From: Acidimicrobiia bacterium
Lineage (GTDB): Bacteria > Actinomycetota > Acidimicrobiia > Spongiisociales > ZC4RG35
Length of the DNA stretch: 64,000 bases
Direction: 5' to 3'
Assembly (NCBI GenBank): GCA_965203555.1
Contig: CBDBCY010000004.1
Coordinates: 3,076,936 to 3,140,935 of the forward strand
The position numbers were made by a program, and so were the translations under genes. Under the pieces are notes generated by a model. The model was not told the DNA's origin. It searched no databases and was given only the letters and a program-made list of their open reading frames with translations. Below, one piece after another: positions 62,810-64,000 of this stretch (its first letter is position 1; every line of letters begins with the position of its first letter).

Positions 62810-64000
62810 TCAGTCGTCCAGTACCCAGAAGTCCTTGCCGCCCCCGCCCTGGCTGGAGTTGACCACCAGGCTCCCGCGACGCAGGGCGATGCGGCAGAAC
62901 GCCCCGGGCACGATCCGGGTCTCGGCCCCGGACAGGATGAAGGGCCGCAGATCCACATGTCGCGGCTCCAGGCGTCCCTCTATGAGGCACGGCGCACGTG
63001 ACAGCGCCAGCGTGGGCTGGGATATGTAGCCGGCGGGGTCGGCCCTCAGCAGCGCGGCGAAGTCGTTGCGCTCGGTGGAGGTGGAGTGGGGACCGATCAG
63101 CATCCCGTACCCGCCCGACTCGCCGACCCGCTTGACCACCAGGTGCTCCAGGTTGTCGAGGGTGTACTCCAGGTCGTCGGGACGTCTGCACAGGTAGGTC
63201 TCGACGTTGTGGAGCAGCGGCTCGGCGCCCAGGTAGTAGCGGATCATGTCGGGGACGAAGGCATAGACGCTCTTGTCATCGGCCACGCCGGTTCCGGGAG
63301 CGTTGACGACCGACACGTTCCCGAGGCGGGCGGCGTGCAACAAGCCCGGGACCCCGAGCAACGAGTCGGGGCGGAAGACCAGGGGATCCAGGTAGTCGTC
63401 GTCGACGCGCCGGTAGATCACGTCGATTCGTTTCAGCCCGAACGTGGTGCGCATGTACACGTGGCCGTCCTCGACCACCAGGTCGCGGCCCTCCACCAGA
63501 TCGGCGCCGATCTGGCGTGCCAGGAACATGTGCTCGTAGAACGCCGAGTTGTAGATTCCGGGGGTGAGCAGCGCCATGGTCGGATCCCAGCGCCCCTCGG
63601 GCGCCAGTTCGCGCAGGGTCCGGGCGAGGACGAGCCCGTAGTTCTCGATGTCGCGCACCCCCGAAAGCCGGTACAGGAGCCGGTGGGCGGACTTGGTCGC
63701 CTTCCTGATGGCGAGCATGTACGACACGCCCGAAGGGACCCGCAGGTTGTCCTCGAGGACGCGAAAACCGTCGTTGGTACGGACCAGATCGGTTCCGCAG
63801 ACCGCCACCCAAACCCCGAGGGGCGCCCTGAATCCCCTCATCTCCAGGCGGTACTGGGGACAGTCCCGCACCATGTCCGCCGGTATCACTCCATCGGCGA
63901 TGATGCGGGCCTCGCCGTAGATGTCATCCAGAAAGCGATTGAGGGCGGCGAGTCGCTGCACCAGACCGGCGGTGAGCTCGCCCCATTCGGCGGCGGACAT
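62810..64000 (-). CDS. Circularly permuted type 2 ATP-grasp protein (DUF404/407), 5' truncated by window edge
   Basis: LEDNLRVPSGVSY, LTPGIYNSAFYEH, DVIYRRVDD, GVADDK, SGGYG, HVDLRP, VVNSSQGGGGKD. Confidence 0.96.
   Translation of the reverse strand: MSAAEWGELTAGLVQRLAALNRFLDDIYGEARIIADGVIPADMVRDCPQYRLEMRGFRAPLGVWVAVCGTDLVRTNDGFRVLEDNLRVPSGVSYMLAIRKATKSAHRLLYRLSGVRDIENYGLVLARTLRELAPEGRWDPTMALLTPGIYNSAFYEHMFLARQIGADLVEGRDLVVEDGHVYMRTTFGLKRIDVIYRRVDDDYLDPLVFRPDSLLGVPGLLHAARLGNVSVVNAPGTGVADDKSVYAFVPDMIRYYLGAEPLLHNVETYLCRRPDDLEYTLDNLEHLVVKRVGESGGYGMLIGPHSTSTERNDFAALLRADPAGYISQPTLALSRAPCLIEGRLEPRHVDLRPFILSGAETRIVPGAFCRIALRRGSLVVNSSQGGGGKDFWVLDD

Overview
High-GC actinobacterial chromosome segment. 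The gene content, the retained prfB frameshift and an SLH-domain protein suggest class Acidimicrobiia (inference). Bases 1-48.8 kb are mostly core genes: osmoprotectant ABC transporter, topA, MFS-tmk-holB, the pgsA-gcvH-garA-merR-DUF151-merR-gcvT cluster, add, yqgE, rnhB, ftsK, a TRAP transporter, lhr, a VWA/MoxR-AAA/mycothiol-dependent-enzyme operon, M16 peptidase-dapB-dapA-rnj, comF-hpf-secA-prfB-ftsEX-envC-smpB-ssrA. About 10 kb of accessory DNA follows the 3' end of the tmRNA gene. It holds a 17-bp att duplication, two abutting IS elements, a small toxin-antitoxin-like pair, a methyltransferase, a PD-(D/E)xK-like protein, a diverged partial duplication and an MNT fragment cut by an IS3 end. 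It also holds a translationally coupled DEDDh-exonuclease/TerB/BRCT gene plus a voltage-gated-type channel with a non-canonical filter. The window ends with an SLH-metallopeptidase split at a G13 tract and the ATP-grasp/alpha-E/transglutaminase operon. The best novelty candidates are the exonuclease + channel pair (possible defence system), the MoxR ATPase with reciprocal Walker A/B substitutions, a catalytically degenerate HPRT and a shrunken GcvPA-like gene. Several single-base frameshifts in short homopolymers suggest residual sequencing errors. All family calls come from motif recognition by eye; no searches were run.
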